From contig CANHCR010000004.1 of NCBI GenBank assembly GCA_947459205.1, positions 26,053-90,052 on the forward strand: a stretch of DNA of 64,000 nt. The letters run 5' to 3'. The translations under genes and the position numbers were made by a program. Origin of the DNA: Bacillales bacterium (GTDB lineage Bacteria; Bacillota; Bacilli; Paenibacillales; CANHCR01). Below are positions 16,415 to 24,656 of this stretch, in pieces (the first letter of the stretch is position 1; every line of letters starts with the position of its first letter). The notes under the pieces were generated by a model. It had not been told where the DNA came from, made no database searches, and saw only the letters and a program-made list of their open reading frames with translations.

Positions 16415-18724
16415 TTACAATACTGGATGATCGTGCATCGCTTTGAGACGTTGCCAACGACGATCTACTTCATCCTCAAAAGATTTCAAGGAATCAGCAT
16501 ATTCCGGTTTGTTCATATGTTTTGTTTTGCCCATCGTTTTCAGCCAATCAGCAACTGGCACGCGTTTGCCTTTTGCTTCTGGATCGTATGTGATGGTCGT
16601 TTTGCCAAGCTCAATCTCATATAACGGGAAGAAGCAAGACTCGACGGCAGCACTGACGATGTTTGTTCCCTCTTGATCGTCGGACAACCAGTTCAATGGA
16701 CATGTGATCAAGATTTTGCCATATACCATACCATAGTTTTGTGCATACCATTGAGCTTTCGCTGCTTTTTTGACCAAATCTTGCGGAACCGATTCCGATC
16801 CAGTAAATACATACGGAATGTGTGTAGCCGCCATAATTTGCGCTGTATCCTTATGGTGGAACAATTTACCGCCTTGTGCTTTACCAACATTCGAAGTCGA
16901 TGTACGATGTCCCATAGGCGTCGAATACGACAACTGAGCGCCAGTGTTCATATATCCTTCATTATCGTACTCAAGGATGATCATTTTGTGATTTCTGAGC
17001 GCAGCCCCGATTGCAGGCCCCATACCGATGTCCATACCACCGTCACCAGTGATCATGACAAACGTGAAGTCGTCCTTCAAGTTATACTTGTCAAGTTCAC
17101 CGCGGCGTTTACGCTCCCAAAACATTTCGACAACACCGGACAATGTTGCAGCGCCGTTATTGAATAAGTTATGGATATACGTTTGTTTATGTGCGGAATA
17201 AGGGTATCCAGTCGTTACAACCATCGCACAACCAGTGTGGAACAAGGCGACGATATCGCCCTCGATGCCTTTAAAGAACAATTCCAAACCAGAGAAAATA
17301 CCGCAACCTGGGCATGCACCATGTCCAGGGGCAATACGTTTCGGTTTCTTCGTTAATGCACGAAGCGGTGGAATTTTCACGTTCACCTTACCTGTTGTTT
17401 CATCTGGTGTAACAGTGATCAAACCGGTTTTCAACTCTTCGTATTTGATCGGGTTGAGTACGCGTTTCGGCGCTTTATCAGGGTCACCAGGAGTATGACC
17501 ATAGTAGTCATAAGCAACTTCTACTTTGCCTTTTTCAACCGCTTCGATCGCAAACTTAAACAAGTTATGTCCATCTTCCGCGTAGAACTCTTTACCACCC
17601 AAACCGTAAATACGGCTGATGACCATCGTGTTGGAATTGCCGTGTGTAAACAAGGCAGCTTTAATCTCGTTCACCATATTACCGCCATGACCACCATACG
17701 AGTCAGCACGATCGCCTACTGTTACTGCTTTCACGTTTTTCAACGCTTCAGCAATTTGTTTTTGCGGGAATGGACGAATAATGTTCGGTGCAATCGAACC
17801 GGCTTTAATCCCCTGCTCGCGCAATTGGTCAACAACGTCTTTAATAATTTCTGACGCAGAGTTCATCAAAAATACAGCAACTTCTGCATCTTCCATACGA
17901 TACAAATCAAGAATCGGATAATCGCGACCAGTCAAAGCAGTGTATTCTTGGGAAATGCGCTCGAATACCTCTTCAGCACGGTACATCGCTTGTGACTGTT
18001 GGTAACAGTTGTTGATGTAATCTGGTTCATTCATGTAAGGACCAACCGTAATCGGATTGTCGCGGTCCAATACATCTGGGTAGCCTTCCGGCGGCTGTTG
18101 TCCAATGTAATTCCAAACATCTTCTTTGTTTTTGAACGTCATTACGCGGCGTTTTTGGTGCGATGTAAAATAGCCGTCTGATGCCACAATGACCGGCAAA
18201 CGAACTTGCGGATCTTCCGCCAATTTGATTGCCATAATGTTCATATCGTAAACCGCTTGCGGGTCACGACACATAAGAATTGGCCAGCCCGTATTCAATG
18301 CATAATACAAGTCAGAATGGTCACCGTGGATGTCCAACGGACCCGAAACCGAGCGACATACCAAGTTCATGACCATCGGGAAACGCGTACCCGATTGAAC
18401 TGGCATTTGCTCAATCATGTATAAATAACCGTTTGCACTCGTTGCGTTAAATACGCGACCGCCTGCAGTTGAAGCCCCGTAACAAACCCCTGCAGAACCG
18501 TGTTCGCCGTCTGCTGGGATCAATACAACATCATGTTGCCCTTGTGCCTTCATCAGGTCTAGAAATTGCGCAACCTCTGTAGAAGGCGAAATCGGAAAGT
18601 AACCCATGATGTGGTAATTGATTTGATGAGCAGCATAAGCAGCCATCTCATTACCTGACTCATAAACCATGCGTTGTTCGATTGTACCTTGATTCGGTAC
18701 CGCTTTTTCAAATTCAATTGCCAT
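16415..18724 (-). CDS. 2-oxoacid:ferredoxin oxidoreductase, fused alpha-beta subunit (TPP-binding)
   Basis: 769 aa. The N-terminal POR alpha-type domain starts GNEMAAYAA..ISPSTE. The C-terminal beta part has GHGACPGCG cluster cysteines and a TPP motif GDGG-x25-NEGYMNTG. Confidence 0.85.
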   Translation of the reverse strand: MAIEFEKAVPNQGTIEQRMVYESGNEMAAYAAHQINYHIMGYFPISPSTEVAQFLDLMKAQGQHDVVLIPADGEHGSAGVCYGASTAGGRVFNATSANGYLYMIEQMPVQSGTRFPMVMNLVCRSVSGPLDIHGDHSDLYYALNTGWPILMCRDPQAVYDMNIMAIKLAEDPQVRLPVIVASDGYFTSHQKRRVMTFKNKEDVWNYIGQQPPEGYPDVLDRDNPITVGPYMNEPDYINNCYQQSQAMYRAEEVFERISQEYTALTGRDYPILDLYRMEDAEVAVFLMNSASEIIKDVVDQLREQGIKAGSIAPNIIRPFPQKQIAEALKNVKAVTVGDRADSYGGHGGNMVNEIKAALFTHGNSNTMVISRIYGLGGKEFYAEDGHNLFKFAIEAVEKGKVEVAYDYYGHTPGDPDKAPKRVLNPIKYEELKTGLITVTPDETTGKVNVKIPPLRALTKKPKRIAPGHGACPGCGIFSGLELFFKGIEGDIVALFHTGCAMVVTTGYPYSAHKQTYIHNLFNNGAATLSGVVEMFWERKRRGELDKYNLKDDFTFVMITGDGGMDIGMGPAIGAALRNHKMIILEYDNEGYMNTGAQLSYSTPMGHRTSTSNVGKAQGGKLFHHKDTAQIMAATHIPYVFTGSESVPQDLVKKAAKAQWYAQNYGMVYGKILITCPLNWLSDDQEGTNIVSAAVESCFFPLYEIELGKTTITYDPEAKGKRVPVADWLKTMGKTKHMNKPEYADSLKSFEDEVDRRWQRLKAMHDHPVL

Positions 18725-18751
18725 GTAGATTCCACCCTTTCTCTATGAAGA

Positions 18752-19759
18752 TTAGTTCGTAGCCAAATCAAAACGATGTGGTACGCGATGTTCGTCTGCA
18801 TATCCATCAGTCTCGCGCAAATCGGTGAGCGCTTCCGTCGGACAAGCTTGAACACATTTTAAACAGCCTTTGCAATATTGGTAATCGATGCCTTGCAGGA
18901 ACATTTGTGGGCGACCTTTTTTGTCAGGCAGTTCATCCCAAACGAAACAAAAGTCAGGACATACGTTGTCACACGCCGCACAATGAATACATTTCGCATC
19001 ATCAAAATCAGGCATCATCCCGGCACGCGAGATGCTGAGATCTTTCAAGATACTGTTGCCCGGATTGATAACCAAACCGCCAAGCGGTTGTGTTTCATAA
19101 CCGAGTACTGGTGTGTCATGGCGAACAAATTCTGGCATCGCGTCTCCAGACGGCAATTTGAACTCATGAAACGCTACTTCGTTGTAGCCACGCTCGAATG
19201 TATTCAACGCTGGTTGTACGGCATTCGGATACTTTTTCTCGAGTGACTTGCGAATGACACCTTTCATGAATTCTGCATCAAGAAACGGACATAATCTGAA
19301 AAGTGCACCGAGCATCGCCATGTTGACGCGGTTCTTCTCGTCGAGCGAGATACCAGTCGCATCGACAACGGCTATTATGCCCGCTTTCAGTTTCAAATTT
19401 TCCTTCAATACTTCTGGTGACTTGGTTGAATTAACGAGCACGATGCTATCCTCGTAAATTCCGCTGACAACGTTAATCGTTTTCGCCAGCGCTTCATGAA
19501 AAATACCGACGACATGAGGTCGTTCAATCGGAGACGTATCACGAATACGTGTCTCCATGTCACAAAAACGAATAAAGGCTTTAACCGGAGAACCTTTCTT
19601 TTCTGAACCGTACGAAGAAAAGCTTACTCCATTTAAGCCGATCCCCATAACGCCCGCTTCAGCGAGCATTTTCCCTGCCAAATTGGCGCCCAAACCACCA
19701 ATTGATTCGAGACGTATCTCGAAAAAGCCTAGTTCGTTTACCTTCGGTAATGTTACCAT
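18752..19759 (-). CDS. 2-oxoacid:ferredoxin oxidoreductase, fused gamma-delta subunit (2x[4Fe-4S] ferredoxin domain)
   Basis: The ATG at 19759 is 7 nt after AAAGGAG. Gamma-type domain (IRLESIGGLGANLAGKML). The C-terminus has CIHCAACDNVCP and CKGCLKCVQACP motifs. Confidence 0.85.
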   Translation of the reverse strand: MVTLPKVNELGFFEIRLESIGGLGANLAGKMLAEAGVMGIGLNGVSFSSYGSEKKGSPVKAFIRFCDMETRIRDTSPIERPHVVGIFHEALAKTINVVSGIYEDSIVLVNSTKSPEVLKENLKLKAGIIAVVDATGISLDEKNRVNMAMLGALFRLCPFLDAEFMKGVIRKSLEKKYPNAVQPALNTFERGYNEVAFHEFKLPSGDAMPEFVRHDTPVLGYETQPLGGLVINPGNSILKDLSISRAGMMPDFDDAKCIHCAACDNVCPDFCFVWDELPDKKGRPQMFLQGIDYQYCKGCLKCVQACPTEALTDLRETDGYADEHRVPHRFDLATN

Positions 19760-19807
19760 GTCTGAGCTCCTTTCGTTATACAACAACACAATCATAATTT
19801 TACACGA

Positions 19808-19845
19808 AATCATTCTGAAATTCTATATTTAGAATGATTATCATT
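19808..19845 (-). promoter_or_regulatory. Fur-box-like palindrome overlapping a 9-bp inverted repeat in the oxidoreductase leader
   Basis: Minus strand AATGATAATCATT (19833-19845) matches the core of the classical Fur box GATAATGATAATCATTATC. AATCATTCT-N14-AGAATGATT (19808-19839) could alternatively be an RNA hairpin. Confidence 0.35.
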
Positions 19846-19875
19846 AAAAAAAAGTGATATTTTTTTTCAAAATCC

Positions 19876-19904
19876 ATTATATCATATGCGTTTACTCTTG
19901 TTAA
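19876..19904 (-). promoter_or_regulatory. Sigma-A-type promoter (extended -10) for the oxidoreductase operon
   Basis: On the minus strand: TTAACA, 17 nt, TGATATAAT. Confidence 0.5.
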
Positions 19905-20072
19905 ATCGATAAAACACGCAACAATCATCCGCATGTGTGATGAAGTGCGTGTTTCATTTGGTATCAGATATTCAAATTATTTGAAAAAGCGTCCCAGTAA
20001 TTTGCCGAGGATTTTGCCAGTAATACGCCGACCAATTCGCTGTCCGATTTTACCCTTTTGCACCGTTCATGG

Positions 20073-20333
20073 TTAGCGACTTTTTACTAGAAGCTCAATT
20101 GCCTGCTGTACAATCTCAGAAGTGTTACCGCCATTTTCGTATTCTTTAATAATACACTGTTCTAAATTAGCGGCGACGATATGTGCCAATGTCTTATCGA
20201 CTGCACTACGAACCGCAGACAACTGGGTTGCGATTTCACGGCAATCGTTTTCGTTGTCCAGCATTTTGATGATGCCACGAATTTGCCCTTCCACACGGGC
20301 CAATCTATTTTTTAAAGCAGGATCGTATTTCAT
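20073..20333 (-). CDS. CsoR-family repressor of the Cys-x-Cys (CstR-like, persulfide-sensor) type
   Basis: 86 aa DUF156 fold (NRLARVEGQIRGIIKML). Cys31 and Cys60 are present, but Asn56 replaces the Cu-ligand His four residues before the second Cys. Ends ...LLVKSR. Confidence 0.8.
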   Translation of the reverse strand: MKYDPALKNRLARVEGQIRGIIKMLDNENDCREIATQLSAVRSAVDKTLAHIVAANLEQCIIKEYENGGNTSEIVQQAIELLVKSR

Positions 20334-21073
20334 GATGGCACAACCTCATTCACCCATTGGTTTAATACACTACCAATCGAGTCGCGAATCAAATACGTAG
20401 CGATACCGTCGCAATTCGTTTCGGTATGATTGATAATGACAACGTGTTCACCTTGATAATAATTGACAAGGCTCGCTGCAGGTTGCACGCTGAGCGAGGT
20501 GCCAGCGATAATCAGCAAATCAGCGTCCAATATATAGCGCTTTGCTTTATCGAACATTTCCATGTTTAGTTGCTCTTCGTAAAGTGTGACATCAGGCTTG
20601 ACGATGCCACCGCAACGTTCGCATGTGGGAATGCCTTTTTTGTGTTTGGTAATGAAGCGCACGTCATACAATGTGTCGCAACGCATACAGTAATTGCGGT
20701 GAATCGAGCCGTGCAATTCAAGTACATTTGTACTTCCCGCGGATTGATGGAGACCGTCAATATTTTGTGTGATGATTGCTTTTAATTGTCCGCGCTTTTC
20801 CAATTCTACCAGTGAAAAATGGGCATCGTTCGGTTGTGCCTCTAAATAAATCATATTTTTTCGATAGTACTTGTAAAAATCAGCGGTGTGCTTAATGAAA
20901 AAACTGCGGCTGAGAATTTGCTCAGGAGGATAAGGGAAATCGCTGTTCGCTTGGTAGAGTCCGTTGACAGAGCGAAAATCCGGAATGTTGCTTTCAGTTG
21001 ATGTTCCAGCACCGCCAAAAAAAACGATATTCTTTGCTTCGCTCAAAATTTCTCTTAGTGGTTTTCGAATCAT
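20330..21073 (-). CDS. NAD-dependent protein deacylase (sirtuin, CobB/SrtN type)
   Basis: 247 aa with GAGTSTESNIPDFRS, TQNIDGLH, the catalytic His in LELHGS, and Zn ribbon CxxC...CxxC (CMRC..CERC). The stop overlaps the cstR-like start (ATGA). Confidence 0.9.
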   Translation of the reverse strand: MIRKPLREILSEAKNIVFFGGAGTSTESNIPDFRSVNGLYQANSDFPYPPEQILSRSFFIKHTADFYKYYRKNMIYLEAQPNDAHFSLVELEKRGQLKAIITQNIDGLHQSAGSTNVLELHGSIHRNYCMRCDTLYDVRFITKHKKGIPTCERCGGIVKPDVTLYEEQLNMEMFDKAKRYILDADLLIIAGTSLSVQPAASLVNYYQGEHVVIINHTETNCDGIATYLIRDSIGSVLNQWVNEVVPS

Positions 21074-21143
21074 AAATTGTGACGTCGCTGTAAGTTTGCA
21101 ACGTGCTCCTCCTTTTTAAAAAAAATCTAAATTGAAACGCTTT

Positions 21144-21171
21144 CATTATAGCATGAATTTACTCTTATTCA
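21144..21171 (-). promoter_or_regulatory. Sigma-A-type promoter for the sirtuin / CstR-like pair
   Basis: On the minus strand: TTGAAT, 16 nt, TATAAT. Confidence 0.5.
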
Positions 21172-21181
21172 AATAAAATGT

Positions 21182-21832
21182 TCACAAAAATTTCATTTTT
21201 ATCGCATAACGTGTTAACTGGACTCGGTTTTGCATGTGCAATTTTTGTAAAATATTTTTCAAGTGATTTTTCACGGTGTTCTCAGAAATGTAAAGCAATT
21301 CGGAAATTTCGCGATTTGTTTTCCCTTTTGCTACCCATTCCAATATTTCTCTTTCACGTTCAGTTAACGGCGAATGTTGCTCATCTTGATTTGACTTTTC
21401 ATGCATCGATTGAAATTCGGCAATCATTTTCCCCGCGAGTTGTTTGGACATCGGCGTTTCATCATCGGCAATTGCCCGCAAATATTCAAGCCATGATGCT
21501 GGTTGCAAATTTTTAAGCAGATACCCTTGTGCACCTCGCTTAATTGCTTCAAACAAATTAGAAACGTCATCTGAAACCGTGACAATTACGATTTTGATTG
21601 CGGGATGATGCATTTTAATCAAGCGCGTCGCTTCTAATCCATCCATTCCTGGCATCTCAATATCAATCAACATAAGATGTGGTTGCAGTGCTTCTGCGAG
21701 TTGTAACGCATCCTCTCCGTTTTTTCCCTCTGCAATCACACGAAAGCTATCTTCGAGCGATACGATTTCGCGCATTCCCTGACGCGCCAATTTGTGATCG
21801 TCGATGATGACGACGTTAATGACTTGGTCCAT
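21182..21832 (-). CDS. NarL/LuxR-family response regulator
   Basis: The ATG at 21832 follows GGTGGTGAG and overlaps the kinase stop. Receiver (VIIDDH...MLIDIEMPGMDG) plus a C-terminal LuxR HTH (LTEREREILEWVAKGKTNREISELLYISENTVKNH). Confidence 0.9.
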   Translation of the reverse strand: MDQVINVVIIDDHKLARQGMREIVSLEDSFRVIAEGKNGEDALQLAEALQPHLMLIDIEMPGMDGLEATRLIKMHHPAIKIVIVTVSDDVSNLFEAIKRGAQGYLLKNLQPASWLEYLRAIADDETPMSKQLAGKMIAEFQSMHEKSNQDEQHSPLTEREREILEWVAKGKTNREISELLYISENTVKNHLKNILQKLHMQNRVQLTRYAIKMKFL

Positions 21833-22658
21833 TTTTGAACTCACCACCAATAATTTTTAAAACGGTACGCTGACCGATGCGCTCGAGTGACAGTACCCAT
21901 CCCATCTCTTCCGCGCGCTCATTCATTATTTTTAGGCCGAAGCAATTAACTGCGTTCCACGTGGAGTCGCCGAATCCTTTTCCGTCATCGGAGATCGTAA
22001 CGAACCATCTCATGTCAACAACATCGGCAGCAATCTCGACGTGTTTCGCATCGGCATGTTTGCGAACATTCGTCAAAGCTTCACGGATGCAAGCGTACAG
22101 TTCGCGATATTGGCGCGCATCCAAGGCATCAGTCGGAAGGTTCCAATTGAACAGCGTTTTCATTCCAGACTCAGTGCAAATCTCATGAACAAGTTGCGAA
22201 ATTTGTCGTTCGTTGTCAGCGCCAGTAGAGATGTCTTCCATTAGATGACAAATGACGGTTCGTACATCCTCATGCATATGGCGAACAGTTCGCCTCACTT
22301 CGTCGAGATGGTCCGTCTTTGTAAAGTTAGGTTGACGCTCGATTTGTTCAAGTTTAACGGATAAAAAAAACAACGATTGGGCGATACCGTCATGAAGCTG
22401 GCGTGCCATGTTTTCTCGTTCCTGGTGAACTTTCTGTTTGAGTTGCGCTTCATTCAGTTCCTGCTGATAATGTTCCATTTTTGCGAATAAAGAGCGGAGA
22501 ACAGGAACGGTCAGAAGAAACACAAGCACTGCGCCTAGTACGTGACCAAGTTCGTGGGAAAGATATGGAATTTCAAAATCATGTCGAACAAATTCCCAAA
22601 TGCCAATGACGATTGTCGGTAAGAGCAGAAACAAAAGTTTTTGTCTTTTGTATGTCAA
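21816..22658 (-). CDS. Sensor histidine kinase, HisKA_3 type, with a minimal two-TM sensor
   Basis: 280 aa with two N-terminal TM helices and almost no external loop. H-box QLHDGIAQSL and an HATPase_c region (ISDDGKGF...GLKIMNERA). Confidence 0.85.
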   Translation of the reverse strand: MTYKRQKLLFLLLPTIVIGIWEFVRHDFEIPYLSHELGHVLGAVLVFLLTVPVLRSLFAKMEHYQQELNEAQLKQKVHQERENMARQLHDGIAQSLFFLSVKLEQIERQPNFTKTDHLDEVRRTVRHMHEDVRTVICHLMEDISTGADNERQISQLVHEICTESGMKTLFNWNLPTDALDARQYRELYACIREALTNVRKHADAKHVEIAADVVDMRWFVTISDDGKGFGDSTWNAVNCFGLKIMNERAEEMGWVLSLERIGQRTVLKIIGGEFKNGPSH

Positions 22659-22676
22659 AGTTTCTCATCCTTTTCA

Positions 22677-22699
22677 TAAAAAAAGCCCAGAAATGGGCT
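22677..22699 (-). terminator. Rho-independent terminator after ymcA
   Basis: Minus strand AGCCCA tttc TGGGCT followed by TTTTTTT. Confidence 0.7.
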
Positions 22700-22713
22700 T
22701 TTGAAAATTTAAA

Positions 22714-23169
22714 TTAGTCGCTGCACGTGCTGCGGTTAACCGGAGAATCGGCACCGTTCTCAACGTTTAATTTTTCCGAAACTGAATCAGTGATGACTCT
22801 CATGATCAGTTGTAACAAATCGTTAATGTCTTGTTGCGCTTGTTGAAATTCAACGACAATCGGAATCGAATCGAGTTCATCTTGCAAAGTAACGATTTCC
22901 CCTTCGATTTTTTCGACCATTTTTTGATTTTGAAACGACTCAAAAGCGACCGCTTCTTTTTGTCGTTTTTTGATGAGCGAAATGAGTCCTTGTACACGCT
23001 CATTTTCATTAATTTTTTGCTCAGCTTGACGATAGAACTCGACTTCGCGTGATGTCATGATCATGTTCGCTAGTTCGTGTGTTTTCGCTAAAATATCGGA
23101 ACGAACGATAGCTGTCGCATGATCAATGACAGGTACTGCGCAACCTTCTCCGTGATGATGTTCCCCCAT
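22714..23169 (-). CDS. ricA: YmcA/RicA (YlbF/YmcA family regulatory protein)
   Basis: 151 aa in the conserved position downstream of miaB. Coiled-coil YlbF/YmcA pattern with a C-terminal Cys. GGAGGTG SD. Confidence 0.85.
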   Translation of the reverse strand: MGEHHHGEGCAVPVIDHATAIVRSDILAKTHELANMIMTSREVEFYRQAEQKINENERVQGLISLIKKRQKEAVAFESFQNQKMVEKIEGEIVTLQDELDSIPIVVEFQQAQQDINDLLQLIMRVITDSVSEKLNVENGADSPVNRSTCSD

Positions 23170-23174
23170 TTACG

Positions 23175-24656
23175 TTACACCTCCTGATAATTGTGGTGGT
23201 CGCTAGCGACCAACTCACCCTTAAGTAAAAACGTTTGTACGCCTGTAACTTTGACTTGTACCAACTTGCCAGTCAAGGAAGCATTGCCAGCAAAGTGAAT
23301 GAGTTTGTTGGTGCGAGAACGACCGCTTAACATCTGCTCATTTGTTTTGCTGACACCCTCCACTAACACTTCGATTATTTGATCGGCATAGCGTTGATTG
23401 TCTTTCAAGCTATATTTAGAGACAAATTCATTGAGCCGATTAAGTCGTTCCTTTTTCACTTCGACAGGCACATCGTCTTGCATGCCCGCTGCTGGCGTGC
23501 CCTCGCGCGGCGAGTAAATAAAAGTGAATGCGGAGGCGAACTCCACCTCGTCGTACAGCGATAAGGTCTCAGCAAACTGCTCCTCCGTCTCACCTGGGAA
23601 GCCAACGATAATATCCGTTGTTAGCACCACATCAGGGATGGCAGTTTTAATTTTACGAACCAATTGCAAATAATGTTCGCGTGAATATTTACGCCCCATC
23701 TGCTTCAAAATTTCGCTACTTCCCGACTGTACCGGCAAGTGAATGTGTTCTACCATGTTGCCGCGCTCAGCAAGCACCGCAATCAAATGATCATCAAAAT
23801 CACGTGGATGCGATGTTGTGAAACGAACGCGTGGAATGTCGATTTTTTGCACGTCAGCAAGTAAATCAGCAAATGTGTACTCTCGGCCCTCAAAATCTTT
23901 GCCGTATGCGTTGACGTTCTGTCCGAGCAAAGTAATTTCTGTAAAACCTTGACGGGCAATGTCGCGAATTTCGGCGATTACATCTTCCGGTAATCGGCTA
24001 CGCTCTTTACCGCGAGTATAAGGTACGATACAATACGTGCAAAATTTATCGCAACCATACATAATGTTGACCCAAGCGCGCATGCCTTCGCGTTTTTTCG
24101 GCAAATTTTCGACAATGTCGCCCTCTTTCGACCACACTTCGACGACCATTTCTTTGCTAAACGTAGCATCCTTCAACAAATGTGGCAGGCGATGAATGTT
24201 GTGTGTACCAAAAATCAGATCAACGAATCCGTATTTTTTTGTAATTTTGTTGACAACCGATTCTTCTTGTGACATACAACCGCACACACCGAGAACCAAG
24301 TTTGGATGTTCACGTTTCAATGTTTTTAGATGGCCGAGTTCACCGAACACTTTGTCCTCGGCATTTTCACGAATCGCACAAGTATTGAGCAAAATCACAT
24401 CTGCCGAACGGCGATCGTCGGTCGCCTCATAGCCCATTGCCTCAAGCAATCCGGCAATCGTTTCCGAATCATGCTCGTTCATTTGACAGCCATACGTTTG
24501 CAACAAGTATGTTTTGCCCTCACCAAAACGTTTCATGTCGTCTGGAATGCCACTATCGTATAATACATGAATTTCTTCTTTACCGCGCGATTTCGCCTCT
24601 TTGAGTGATGGCGCTTGAAAATATTGTGCATAATCCTTCTCTTGTTTTTTTGTCAT
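23175..24656 (-). CDS. miaB: tRNA-i6A37 methylthiotransferase MiaB
   Basis: 493 aa with an MTTase N-domain ([13 protein letters not shown]), radical-SAM [11 protein letters not shown] and a TRAM domain. Confidence 0.95.
   Translation of the reverse strand: MTKKQEKDYAQYFQAPSLKEAKSRGKEEIHVLYDSGIPDDMKRFGEGKTYLLQTYGCQMNEHDSETIAGLLEAMGYEATDDRRSADVILLNTCAIRENAEDKVFGELGHLKTLKREHPNLVLGVCGCMSQEESVVNKITKKYGFVDLIFGTHNIHRLPHLLKDATFSKEMVVEVWSKEGDIVENLPKKREGMRAWVNIMYGCDKFCTYCIVPYTRGKERSRLPEDVIAEIRDIARQGFTEITLLGQNVNAYGKDFEGREYTFADLLADVQKIDIPRVRFTTSHPRDFDDHLIAVLAERGNMVEHIHLPVQSGSSEILKQMGRKYSREHYLQLVRKIKTAIPDVVLTTDIIVGFPGETEEQFAETLSLYDEVEFASAFTFIYSPREGTPAAGMQDDVPVEVKKERLNRLNEFVSKYSLKDNQRYADQIIEVLVEGVSKTNEQMLSGRSRTNKLIHFAGNASLTGKLVQVKVTGVQTFLLKGELVASDHHNYQEV

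Noticed and set aside
20330-21073. A Sir2-domain protein as a possible anti-phage defence component (Thoeris ThsA, DSR, SIR2-HerA, pAgo-associated).
   Set aside because: It is a compact 247-aa canonical sirtuin with an intact Zn ribbon and the NAD/acyl-lysine motifs. It has no SLOG, TIR, HerA, Argonaute or large N- or C-terminal extension, and no defence-type neighbours.
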